DNA from: a virus
DNA: 24,775 nt
Reading direction: 5' to 3' (one strand)
IMG/VR virus record: IMGVR_UViG_3300018878_005350
The stretch's first letter is position 1; every line of letters starts with the position of its first letter. Under the pieces are notes generated by a model, which worked only from the letters and a program-made list of their open reading frames with translations, did no database searches and had not been told where the DNA came from. This document shows positions 10,301-18,242 of this stretch, piece by piece. The translations under genes were made by a program, and so were the position numbers.

Positions 10301-13084
10301 TGTACAACCTGCAAAAGTTTTATCAAAATATACAGCTTTTGTATTGCTTGCAAATAACGTTGTCGGAATAGAACCTGTTAAACCTGTACAATTTTCAAAT
10401 GTGTTATTAAAAGTGGTTACTTTTGTATTAGCGTTAAATAATGATGCAGGAATAGAGCCAGTTAAACTTGTAGAATTTGCAAAGGTATTATTAAAATCAG
10501 TTGCATTTGTAGCTTTAATAAACAAATCTGCTGGTATCTCTCCTGTTAAACTTGAGCAATTAGCAAATGTTCCATTAAATGTTGTTACACTTGGCGTTGG
10601 ATTAAATAATGTTGATGGTATTTCTCCTGTTAAATTACTACATCCATTAAATGTATTTTTTAATGTTGTTACTCCTGGTGTTGAATTGAATAATGTTTCT
10701 GGAATTGTGCCTTCTAAACTTGAACAATTAGAAAATGTTCCTTCAAAGGTTGTTACACCTGGTGTTGGATTAAACAATGTTGATGATATTTCTCCTGTTA
10801 AATTACTACATCCATTAAATGTATTTTTAAATGTTGTTACTCCTGGTGTTGAATTGAATAATGTTTCTGGAATTGAGCCCGTTAAACTTGAACAATTAGA
10901 AAATGTTCCTTCAAAGGTTGTTACACCTGGTGTTGGATTAAACAATGTTGATGGTATTTCTCCTGTTAAATTACTACATCCATTAAATGTATTTTTAAAT
11001 GTTGTTACTCCTGTAGTTACTTTAAATAAATCTGTTGATATTGTTCCAGTTAAATTTGAACAATTGGAAAATGTTGCTTCTAAAGTCACTATGTCTGAAT
11101 TATTTGCAAATAAAGTACTTGGAATTGAACCTGTTAAACTACTACAACCATTAAATGCATTATCTAAATATGCTGCTTTTGGCGTATTTGCAAATAAATT
11201 AGATGGTATCTCACCTGTTAAACCACTACAACCATAAAATACGTGTCCAAAATTTGTTACTTCTGGAGTAGTTGAAAATAATGTTTCTGGAATTGAACCC
11301 GTTAAACCACTACAACCACTAAATACACTATGAAATTCTTTTGCTAAAATATTTTTCTCAAACAGTTTTGCTGGTATTTCTCCTGTTACGCCAGTATTTC
11401 TAAACGCTACTCCAAAACTTGTCGCTTCCGTATTATTAATAAATAAATTTTCTGGAATATTCCCTGTTAATTTTCTACATCCATCAAAAACACAAGAAAA
11501 GTCTTTTACAAGTTTATTTTCAGAAAATAAATTTTCAGGAATACTGCCTGTTAATTTTGAGCAACCACTAAATGTAGCATAAAAACTCGTTACCTTAGTC
11601 GTATTTTTAAATAAATTTTCTGGTATACTCCCTGTCAAGCTTGAACAACCATTAAATGTATTATTAAAATTAGTTGCATTTACTGTATTTGCAAATAATT
11701 TTTCAGGTATACTTCCTGTTAATCCTGAACAATATTTAAATGTATCTAGAAAATTTTGCGCATTTATTGTATTTTCAAATAAATTTTCTGGGATTTCTCC
11801 TCGTAAGCCATAACAATCATAAAATGTACATCTAAAATTATCAACCTTTGTTGTATTTCTAAACAAACCTTCTGGAATCTTTGTTAATCTATAACACTTT
11901 TCAAAAGTCCATGCAAATGTTATTACTTCTGGTGTATTTACAAATAAATCTGCTGGTATTTCTCCTTGCAAATTATAACAACGAATAAACATCCAAGAAA
12001 AATCTCTTACTTTTGTTGTATTTTTGAATAAATCTGCTGGTATTTCTCCAGTTAATCCACTACATGTATGAAAAGTATCACAAAATGACGTTACTTCTGT
12101 AGTAGTGGAAAATAATTTTGCTGGAATCGAACCCGTTAGTCTAGAACATTCATAAAATGTTGCATAAAAACTAGTTACCTTCGTTGTATTTTCAAATAAA
12201 TTTTCTGGTATACTTCCACTTAACCCAGTGCATTTATAAAATGTAGAGGAAAAAGTTGTTACATTTTTTGTATTTTTAAATAATCCTCCAGGAATAGAAC
12301 ATTTTAAACCGTAACAATTCCAAAATGTACTAGCAAAAGAGGTTACCTCTGGTGTATTTGCAAATAAATTTTCTGGTATAGTAGTTAATTTTACACATTC
12401 ATCAAATGCACAAGCAAATGTTGTTACTTTTATTGTATTTCTGAATAAGCCTTCAGGAATAGAACCTGTTAAGTTTTTACATTTTCTAAATGTACTATCA
12501 AAACTAGTTACATTTACTGCATTTGCAAATAAATTTTCTGGAATACTTCCACTTAAATAATTACATTGATAAAATAAGTAACTCATATCTACAACATTTG
12601 TAAATGTATTTTCAGATGATTCAGGAATTGTACTGTTTAAATTTGTACAAAATGAGAAACCATATCTTACTGTATCTAACTCGCCCCAAGCCACTAAACT
12701 TTTTAAATAAGTAGTAAATGTATAATAATCTTTTTGAACATTACTTGTCGTTGGTTGTGTTGTGCTTGTATGCCCAAATGTATGTACTGTTCCTGTTATT
12801 TTAATTGTATATAAAGCCGCAGATGAGTATGTATGAGTTGGAAAATTAGCTGTTGAGTCAAAGGTTTCAACAGTACTACCATCGCCCCAATCTACTGTAA
12901 AACTATTAGCTTCATTCGATGGAATAGGAAGTTTTATTTCAGTATTTGCTGGTACATTCCATTCTGTCACCATCGGAATTGTTCCAGCTTTTACAATTCC
13001 CCCATTAAGCAACATTGTTATTGTTAAAATAAATACGGTCATCAATATTTTTACAATTTTTAACTTATACACTTCCATTCCCAT
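4337..13084 (-). CDS. Giant BspA-like leucine-rich-repeat surface protein with PKD/Ig-like modules and C-terminal DUF5011-like domain
   Basis: About 2915 aa. ORF extends to 13171, but the start at 13084 has GAGGTGA 8 nt upstream followed by signal-peptide-like MGMEVYKLKIVKILMTVFILTITMLLNGGIVKA. About 28-aa repeats of LTGSIPENLFxNTTKVTSFxxTFxGCSx; three VDWGDG modules. Confidence 0.85.
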   Translation of the reverse strand: MGMEVYKLKIVKILMTVFILTITMLLNGGIVKAGTIPMVTEWNVPANTEIKLPIPSNEANSFTVDWGDGSTVETFDSTANFPTHTYSSAALYTIKITGTVHTFGHTSTTQPTTSNVQKDYYTFTTYLKSLVAWGELDTVRYGFSFCTNLNSTIPESSENTFTNVVDMSYLFYQCNYLSGSIPENLFANAVNVTSFDSTFRKCKNLTGSIPEGLFRNTIKVTTFACAFDECVKLTTIPENLFANTPEVTSFASTFWNCYGLKCSIPGGLFKNTKNVTTFSSTFYKCTGLSGSIPENLFENTTKVTSFYATFYECSRLTGSIPAKLFSTTTEVTSFCDTFHTCSGLTGEIPADLFKNTTKVRDFSWMFIRCYNLQGEIPADLFVNTPEVITFAWTFEKCYRLTKIPEGLFRNTTKVDNFRCTFYDCYGLRGEIPENLFENTINAQNFLDTFKYCSGLTGSIPEKLFANTVNATNFNNTFNGCSSLTGSIPENLFKNTTKVTSFYATFSGCSKLTGSIPENLFSENKLVKDFSCVFDGCRKLTGNIPENLFINNTEATSFGVAFRNTGVTGEIPAKLFEKNILAKEFHSVFSGCSGLTGSIPETLFSTTPEVTNFGHVFYGCSGLTGEIPSNLFANTPKAAYLDNAFNGCSSLTGSIPSTLFANNSDIVTLEATFSNCSNLTGTISTDLFKVTTGVTTFKNTFNGCSNLTGEIPSTLFNPTPGVTTFEGTFSNCSSLTGSIPETLFNSTPGVTTFKNTFNGCSNLTGEISSTLFNPTPGVTTFEGTFSNCSSLEGTIPETLFNSTPGVTTLKNTFNGCSNLTGEIPSTLFNPTPSVTTFNGTFANCSSLTGEIPADLFIKATNATDFNNTFANSTSLTGSIPASLFNANTKVTTFNNTFENCTGLTGSIPTTLFASNTKAVYFDKTFAGCTNITGGVTPELFASQTLITSIPTSWGENYYADRFEKTFYNCTGLTTANINTPYIGYKMFEGCNNLRSITIGTNVKAIGTDGFEATEPYNSSNLLTTNLTTENQIASAYDWVSDNRGDGKVIYKEPEDVIAELYTEVSFEVGVSGDNLKYEWYEIISGDATSEDLTSGDTASGDDISGDTTSSSIKKLTESNTKIFKSTNKGQANTTSTSIIKLLTTEVKTLSFDYMVTSEENGDLFTITIEDANGVTTVANGISGEVDWTEFSQEFTPTDLGEITITLTYSKNDSVDSGGDYGAIRNLKCFGVGTKTSTFETDEMFTIVNTDQTVGNPDWNFVTETVDGEVIFKNGNSTVYNSMGYCGIILNVQEEIEVSFDYYVNTSENTNVIIAIMDNDGQREVVYGEMTAKNIGWTNYTGTIIPGGYENGILIAIQNMDQDTTRENIIAIKNLKVTISSEDVSTYENDSVYTFENSNWEELSYVGTDSSILTIPADFVSSKVDGNQYYCKVYNGFESVNSRQALLTIDEQYDWTNALVTEWKIPANVDKTNGTTTTDEAGNTITLGSQSTIKLPIPLHEENSYVVDWGDGIIEEFDNTADFPSHVYYNTAQVTYTIKIIGKVNRFGYISDYTSWVPSPSATNSYKNYYPFVQYLSALKAWGELGVERFGFIYCSKLKGNIPSPTKNSFINITNMNNLFYSSGLNGTIPEDLFAYATNVTTFNQTFKSCDVRGSIPEKLFMNTTNVTSFYGTFFSCSNLTGSIPENLFMNTIKVKDFDNTFGFCQNLTGTIPENLFANTPEVESFGNTFNYCTGLNSSIPEGLFAKTLKVTSFYGTFSGCSGLTGAIPEKLFANNKQAQDFTFTFSNCTGLKEKIPEKLFASATEATTFWGTFARSGVTGEIPENLFEYNDNAEDFGYTFSECSGLTGEIPANLFAKTTKVICFGYTFENCTGLTGEIPKDLFKNTPNVEEFYYTFSGCTGLTGHISEELFASNTVIEAPLDVATYGLAPTEAYYCTFAGCSGITSANINTVYIGTEMFYGCNNLTDITIGNNVSAIRSEAFYATEPYNPTNLLMTKIETENKVAFKYNWTADNRGDEKLIILHPQDVNTREYNEAQFTVVASGDNLRYQWYEVVNGTSKKLTEGNSKVLMSNNVGQPNTTSSTTIKIKATENRKLGFEYMVSSEKDGDTFTVTIEDANGIVTAVNGISGEVLWSSYEKECVPTASGEIIITLTYSKNATINKGLDYGAIRNLKYSSLAIKEFTFEEDDNFEVDSQFAFVNAPDEEYLPFVVKEEDGNRILEAKYSNNIEGETQAVVLNSANYCAYFIMIIEEEKLFSFDYRVKEETADQAEIINLGVSDKNNNILLAENDSTTLGLGILDGNGENIIYFDEATTTDGWENYTTTIVPDENNMVMFIIDIRSNERAFANKSIALKDVSIINGEEDVSTFQNDDVFTIEGTQYDTIGYQGTNTSTLTIPAEQVTLDKDGNQYYCEAYNALGKVKSSEALLTVEEGFDWENALITKWTLPVDADGVASTNGTPATTIKLPILAHANNNYAVDWGDGSEIETFDSTSDFPTHTYNNTTETTYEISVTGNVDSFGYYEEAIPTNPSDASVTTRVAEDYYTFTQYVIGIKEWGAIGLTRIGFANCTKLAGTIPAPLSESFKNITSMEKLFYNCSTLAGSIPEGFFNNATQVTSFKDTFAGCSILMGSIPETLFASNTEATDFTNTFAGCNTLSGTIPSKLFTNNRKVESFAGTFKGCMNLTGTIPSDLFVKNKEVVDFSNTFNGCSKLTGMIPARLFNFNDKVANFESTFEGCSSITAGEIRINTEIITNMNNMFKNCTALKSLVFGEEVTALVGTEVFKNCSSLSAIIMLKQALANEDLGVTTNLDTLGMPSGAIIYVPYKENEAIYESVWNNIDAGRIERIVRANDPNPDHIKLGETYVDTGYTIAGFAMDGDESNNWKQYGFFVVVDGLPVDTSEVGSEWIKYTLFKQ

Positions 13085-13951
13085 ACTTCTCTCACCTCTT
13101 TTTTCATTCGTATTTTTTATTTTAATTAATTCATTCGTTATTTTAGAGCCAAGGTTTTCAAGTCTCATCATTTCTCATCTCCTTTCTCTTTTGTTTTTTA
13201 TTTTTTCTTCATTTTTACCTTAAGCTTTTAAAATTAATTTATATACTTTTTCATTATCCACTAATTTATAATAGTTTATTCGGATTTTATCTTTTCTTAT
13301 TTTATTTGTCTACAAGCTTATTTAAAGCCTTTTTCACTTTCACAAAATAAGTTTAAACCTTACTTACGGATATTCATTTTCGATTTTTTGTTCTTTTTTT
13401 ATTAAATTTAGATTTCTTTTTTGTTACAAAAATATTACATACTTTTTTTGATTAAATTTTTTTCCTCTTTTTTTCATTAAAATTTATTTCTTTCCATCTT
13501 TTGTTTTTTCTTTTTTTCTCTTACGGAACTATTTTTTTGTCTCATTTTTATCTTACTTTTATTTTACTTTTATTTTAAACGCATTAAATATATATTTCTA
13601 TATAAAACATTTGCCTGTTTTTCCAATTTATTCCTTTTATCTTTTTAACACAAAAAATACAACTAAGTTTTTTTACTTAGTTGTATTTGTATACTTATAA
13701 AAGCTATTCGTCATATCAACAAACCAGAAATAAATATAAAATAATAGCATATAACATACTTGTATTTTATATAAAAACCTGATATTATTTTTGTAGTGTT
13801 TTACACTTCTAAATTTTCTTCATGGTATATGGCATATTGATTAGCATTATTGATAATGATGATTAATTAATCATTAACTATTCTTTTTTACTTTGCTAAT
13901 CAATTGTGCTAAAAAAATATGCCATAAGGCAAAAATAAAGGGGTGTTGAAT

Positions 13952-14134
13952 GTGGAATTCAATTTCAGCGTTGTTGAAACAGCAACTTTATCAGACATGA
14001 CTATTTTTTTAGTCTATCTAAATGAAGTATTGAAGTCTTTTTTCTTTGTAATCTTAGCTATTATAATATTACGCTTTATGATTACATATAAAAAGAAAAA
14101 GAATGCTTCTCCTGTCAGAAAAAAGCATTCATAA
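13952..14134 (+). CDS. Small hydrophobic peptide; candidate type I toxin
   Basis: GTG start with AAAGGGGT about 7 nt upstream. Single TM segment VLKSFFFVILAIIILRFMITY, then basic tail KKKKNASPVRKKHS; followed by a strong terminator. Confidence 0.5.
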   Translation: MEFNFSVVETATLSDMTIFLVYLNEVLKSFFFVILAIIILRFMITYKKKKNASPVRKKHS

Positions 14135-14143
14135 ACACTATTT

Positions 14144-14167
14144 AGAAGAGCTAACGCTCTTCTTTTT
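14144..14167 (+). terminator. Rho-independent terminator of small ORF
   Basis: AGAAGAGC-taac-GCTCTTCT followed by T-run. Confidence 0.85.
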
Positions 14168-14175
14168 ATGTTAAT

Positions 14176-14203
14176 AGTATATCATATTTTTAGGTTTAGT
14201 CAA
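14176..14203 (-). promoter_or_regulatory. Near-consensus sigma70/sigmaA-type promoter for a putative antisense RNA
   Basis: Minus strand TTGACT - 16 nt - TATACT; predicted start about 14168 runs antisense over the small ORF. Confidence 0.6.
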
Positions 14204-14362
14204 GATATTTTCCTATATGATTAACACACTTTACGATATATCAATATTTTATATTCGTTATACAATAAAATATACATTTTTTCAAGTTTTTGTATTGATA
14301 GTACAAAAACTTTTGTTTTTTGTAGTTTTTTTGTATTGAGAGAGGAATTTTTTTTGATAACC

Positions 14363-14405
14363 AAATTGTAATTGAGACCTGTTGAGTGCCCCCAATTGCA
14401 ATTTT
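14363..14405. repeat. AATTGCAATT-type inverted repeat immediately 3' of giant gene 2; possible terminator
   Basis: aaattgtaattgagacctgttgagtgcccccaattgcaattt; arms pair with one mismatch; same family as 4301-4331. Confidence 0.6.
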
Positions 14406-14408
14406 ATT

Positions 14409-17400
14409 TTATTGTTTAAATAACGTATATTTAATCCATTCACTTCCTACTTTGCTTGTATCCACTGGCATTCCGCTAACTTCTACATAGAATCCATATT
14501 GTTTCCAATTGTTTGATTCATCTCCATCCATTGCAAATCCTGCAACTGTATAACCTGTTTCATCTACATATGTTTCTCCTAGTTTTACATGATCTGGATT
14601 TGGTTCGTTTGCTTTTACAATTCTTTCGATTCTTGAGGCATCAATATTATTCCATACTTTTTCATAAATCGCTTCATTTTCTTTATATGGCACATAAATT
14701 GTTGCTCCTACATTTAGTCCTATTGTCGTTAAATCCAAAGTTGTTTCTAGTTCATCTTCCACTAGTGCTTGTTTCAATAAGATTACAGCTTTTAAATTAG
14801 AACAATTTGTAAACATTCCTGTTCCATCTAATTGACTTACTTCTTGTCCAAACACTAAACTTATTAATCCTGTACAATTTTTAAACATGTTATTCATGTT
14901 GGTTATTGTATCTGTGTTTATTTGAATTTCACCAGCTGTCAGGTTGCTACAACCTTCAAATGTTGATTCAAAGTTAGTTGCCTTATTGTTATAGTTAAAC
15001 AATCTTGCTGGTATCATTCCACTTAGTTTACTACATCCATTAAATGTATTACTAAAATCTAACACTTCTTTATTTCTTGTGAATAAATCTTCTGGAATAG
15101 CTCCTGTTAAATTGATACATCCATTAAATGTTCCTGCAAATGTTGTTACTTTTTTATTATTCACAAACAAGTCTGCTGGAATACTTCCACTTAACGAATT
15201 ACATTCTGCAAATGTGTTTGTAAAATCAGTTACTTCTGTGTTGTTTTCAAATAATCCCAAAGGAATTTCTCCCATTAAAACAGAACAACCTGAAAATGTG
15301 TCTGCAAAACTAATTACTTTTGTTGTATTTTCAAACAATTCTGAAGGTATTTCTCCATTTAATGCTTCACAACCATTAAATGCTGAGGCAAAATTCTCTA
15401 CTTTTGTTGCTCCTTTAAACAACTCTGCAGGAATCGTTCCGCCCAAAGCGCTACAACGATAGAATAAATTTTCCATACTTACAACATTTTTAAACGATGT
15501 ATCTTCTGGTATTGGTATAGTACCTTCTAAATTACTACAATTTGCAAAACCAATTCGCGTTACTCCAATTTTTCCCCATTGTACAATTTCAACAACATAG
15601 TTTGTAAAATCGTTATAGTCTTTGTATACATTGGTAGTCGTCGGAATATCTTTTTGATAATATCCAAATGTATCTACTTGTCCTGTAATTTCGATTGTAT
15701 ATACTGTTTCAGAAGTATTGGTATATGTATGGGTTGGATAATTAGCTGATGAATCAAATATTTCTCTATCAGAACCATCGCCCCAATCAACAATATAATT
15801 ATTACTTTCTGATGCTGGTATCGGTAATTGAATTGTTGTTTGAGGAGCTATTTTCCATTTTGTTATAAATATTTCTGTTACATCAGTAACTGTAACATTT
15901 AATATCATATTCTTCTCTGCGTATGTAGTTCCTTGAGAGGCTTTAACTTCTAATGTTTCTTTTCCCTCTGCAATACCTTTTAATATTAATTGATTTTCTT
16001 CTAAACTAATTTCTAAATAAGGACTTTCTTCTGGAGCCACACTCAACTCGCCATCACCATCATAATTAATCTCAAATGTTTCCGTCATTTTCACACCAAT
16101 ACGAATATCTCCACTTTCATTAATTTCTAACAATTCATTTTTTACTTCTAATGTTGGATCTTGTAATAACTTCACATTTTCTAACAAAGTATCTCCTTGT
16201 ACTACAGATAAAATCACTTCATCAGATTCCACCGTCACTTCTGGTACGGCTGAGCTACTTATCATACAACGGAAAATATATCCACTTAGATTATTTTCTA
16301 CTTTTGCTTGATAGCTTTGAAGTGTTTCTCCACCTTCATCAGAAGTTTCTTCCAACGTTTCAACATTAACACTCATATTACTTGTATCAATTCTTAATTC
16401 TGCTGTGTTATATCCTACTGCAACTGTTGTTCCAAATCCCATTGTGTCATCTACATCAATCCAAGATTCTTCTTCATAACTTGTTTTATATTGCCATTTA
16501 TAGGTATCTACTGCTTCAGTTTCTATTTGAAACGTTGCTGTTTCGCCTATTTGGACTTTTTCAGAATTTGGTTGAGATGTAATTTCCATTTTGTGATAAG
16601 CATATTTTGTTTCGCTATCATCAGTAACTGCTAAATATAACATATTATCTGTTTTTATTGCATCGTCTGTTTTAAAATTCGTATTACCTACTAAACATCT
16701 AAATTCTGCTAATAATAAACTATTATTTGCCACAGCTGTTGTTAATGTTGATTTTACAGTCTTTACACCATCTGTGTTAGAAACTGTTGTTGTCTTAGCT
16801 GTTCCAACACCATTTGTAATATTTTGCCACCAATTGTTTACCTTGGTTCTATATTGCCATGTAAATGTTATGTCATTACCTTGTGCTGTTACTTCATAAA
16901 CTGCTTTTTCTTCACCTATTTTGACTTTTTGTTTTAATATATCTTGACTGATTATAATTGGTTGGTTATATGTTACTGCCAAGTCATTGACAACCACTAC
17001 TAAAATCGTGTCAGAAATTGTTCTGTCATCTCCTATGTAAGCATCGTTTCCAACTAAGCATCGATATTCATAAACTCCAACTGTATCAACATTTGGTTTG
17101 AAAGTTCGTGATGTAGTTCCCGAGCCAATTGCGCTATCCCAATGCCCTTCATGACTTCTTCTTATTTGCCATTGATAGGTAGTAGCATTTTCAGCTGTTA
17201 TTTCAAGTGTTGGAACTATCTTTACCTGTGTTTTTATAGGTTCTGGTTGTATTGTAATGTTTGGAGCTGTTGTCGTTACGATTTCTACTTCCATATCTGC
17301 TGTGATGGATTTGATTAAAAATTCTTTTAGACTGACTGAACCTTTTGCTGTAATATTCGTCTGTTTTTTGTCTGGTGGATTAATACCATAACCTTCTTCT

Positions 17401-18218
17401 GCTACTGCTATAAATCCAAAATTTGTATTACTTGCTACTGTAATTCCATTTGTGATTTCATTCATTTCTAAGTCATAAATTCTTACGTGCTCTCCTGTGA
17501 AACTTACTGTTTTTCCTGCTACTTGAATTACTAAAAATGTAGAAAAACTAGATGTTTCAAATATAATTGAATTCTGTTTTACCTTTGTATTTAAAACTTC
17601 TATTGTTTCATCATCTTTCATATGTAATATTGCATAATGATTTTTCATATCAATTTTTTTATCATTTCCTGTCTCTGTTACTTGAACTTTAATTGTTTGA
17701 TTATATTCTACTGGTTGATATACTTCGCTATTATCCATTATTTTTATATCATATGCATATACCACATCAATAAAATCTTCTTTGAAAAAGTCAGTAGCTT
17801 TTTGAATATAGTTTTGTTGTTTTTCTTCTTCTATCTGCTTTAATTCAATCTCTTTCACTTCAAGTTTAGCATTTTTTGCCATATTGCCTGAAAGAGTAAT
17901 GATTTTATCTTTTATTTTTGTTTCTAGTATCTTATTTTGTACATAATCCATATCAGAGAAAACATAATCACAATTATCACACAATCTATCTTTATTTTTA
18001 TCTTCGTGCTCATAACAAATAACTTTTTGATTATTATCTTTATTGATGTCAGTATTTAAGATATTAAATTTTTTATTAATAACAAAAAAAGTTATAATAC
18101 AAATAATACTAATAATACTGATTATTCCAGCAAATATTGGAGTTGATTTTCTTATTTTTATTTTTTTATCACTTTTTTGTGATTCTGTTTTTATTATTTT
18201 TTCAGCTGTCTTTTTCAT
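14409..18218 (-). CDS. Large BspA-like leucine-rich-repeat surface protein with N-terminal TM segment and Ig-like domains
   Basis: About 1269 aa. Start at 18218 preceded by AAAGGAGG; ORF opens at 18239. TM FAGIISIISIICIITFFVI; repeats LxGxIPxxLFxNxxKVxxF; C-terminus nearly matches that of giant protein 1 (DHVKLGETYVDETGYTIAGFAMDGDESNNWKQYGF..WIKYTLFKQ). Confidence 0.85.
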   Translation of the reverse strand: MKKTAEKIIKTESQKSDKKIKIRKSTPIFAGIISIISIICIITFFVINKKFNILNTDINKDNNQKVICYEHEDKNKDRLCDNCDYVFSDMDYVQNKILETKIKDKIITLSGNMAKNAKLEVKEIELKQIEEEKQQNYIQKATDFFKEDFIDVVYAYDIKIMDNSEVYQPVEYNQTIKVQVTETGNDKKIDMKNHYAILHMKDDETIEVLNTKVKQNSIIFETSSFSTFLVIQVAGKTVSFTGEHVRIYDLEMNEITNGITVASNTNFGFIAVAEEGYGINPPDKKQTNITAKGSVSLKEFLIKSITADMEVEIVTTTAPNITIQPEPIKTQVKIVPTLEITAENATTYQWQIRRSHEGHWDSAIGSGTTSRTFKPNVDTVGVYEYRCLVGNDAYIGDDRTISDTILVVVVNDLAVTYNQPIIISQDILKQKVKIGEEKAVYEVTAQGNDITFTWQYRTKVNNWWQNITNGVGTAKTTTVSNTDGVKTVKSTLTTAVANNSLLLAEFRCLVGNTNFKTDDAIKTDNMLYLAVTDDSETKYAYHKMEITSQPNSEKVQIGETATFQIETEAVDTYKWQYKTSYEEESWIDVDDTMGFGTTVAVGYNTAELRIDTSNMSVNVETLEETSDEGGETLQSYQAKVENNLSGYIFRCMISSSAVPEVTVESDEVILSVVQGDTLLENVKLLQDPTLEVKNELLEINESGDIRIGVKMTETFEINYDGDGELSVAPEESPYLEISLEENQLILKGIAEGKETLEVKASQGTTYAEKNMILNVTVTDVTEIFITKWKIAPQTTIQLPIPASESNNYIVDWGDGSDREIFDSSANYPTHTYTNTSETVYTIEITGQVDTFGYYQKDIPTTTNVYKDYNDFTNYVVEIVQWGKIGVTRIGFANCSNLEGTIPIPEDTSFKNVVSMENLFYRCSALGGTIPAELFKGATKVENFASAFNGCEALNGEIPSELFENTTKVISFADTFSGCSVLMGEIPLGLFENNTEVTDFTNTFAECNSLSGSIPADLFVNNKKVTTFAGTFNGCINLTGAIPEDLFTRNKEVLDFSNTFNGCSKLSGMIPARLFNYNNKATNFESTFEGCSNLTAGEIQINTDTITNMNNMFKNCTGLISLVFGQEVSQLDGTGMFTNCSNLKAVILLKQALVEDELETTLDLTTIGLNVGATIYVPYKENEAIYEKVWNNIDASRIERIVKANEPNPDHVKLGETYVDETGYTVAGFAMDGDESNNWKQYGFYVEVSGMPVDTSKVGSEWIKYTLFKQ

Positions 18219-18242
18219 GCTACCTCCTTTCTCATTCATTAT

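Noticed and set aside
10281-11237. 318-aa plus-strand ORF antisense to giant gene 1 (also 4623-5246, 7431-7829, 15079-15462)
   Set aside because: Repetitive low-complexity mirror translation of the LRR coding repeats; no RBS or domain; opposite strand is clearly coding.
10500-12600. Regularly spaced repeats that could suggest a CRISPR array
   Set aside because: Period of 84/168 bp stays in frame inside one ORF and encodes degenerate LRR units; no conserved short repeat with unique spacers.
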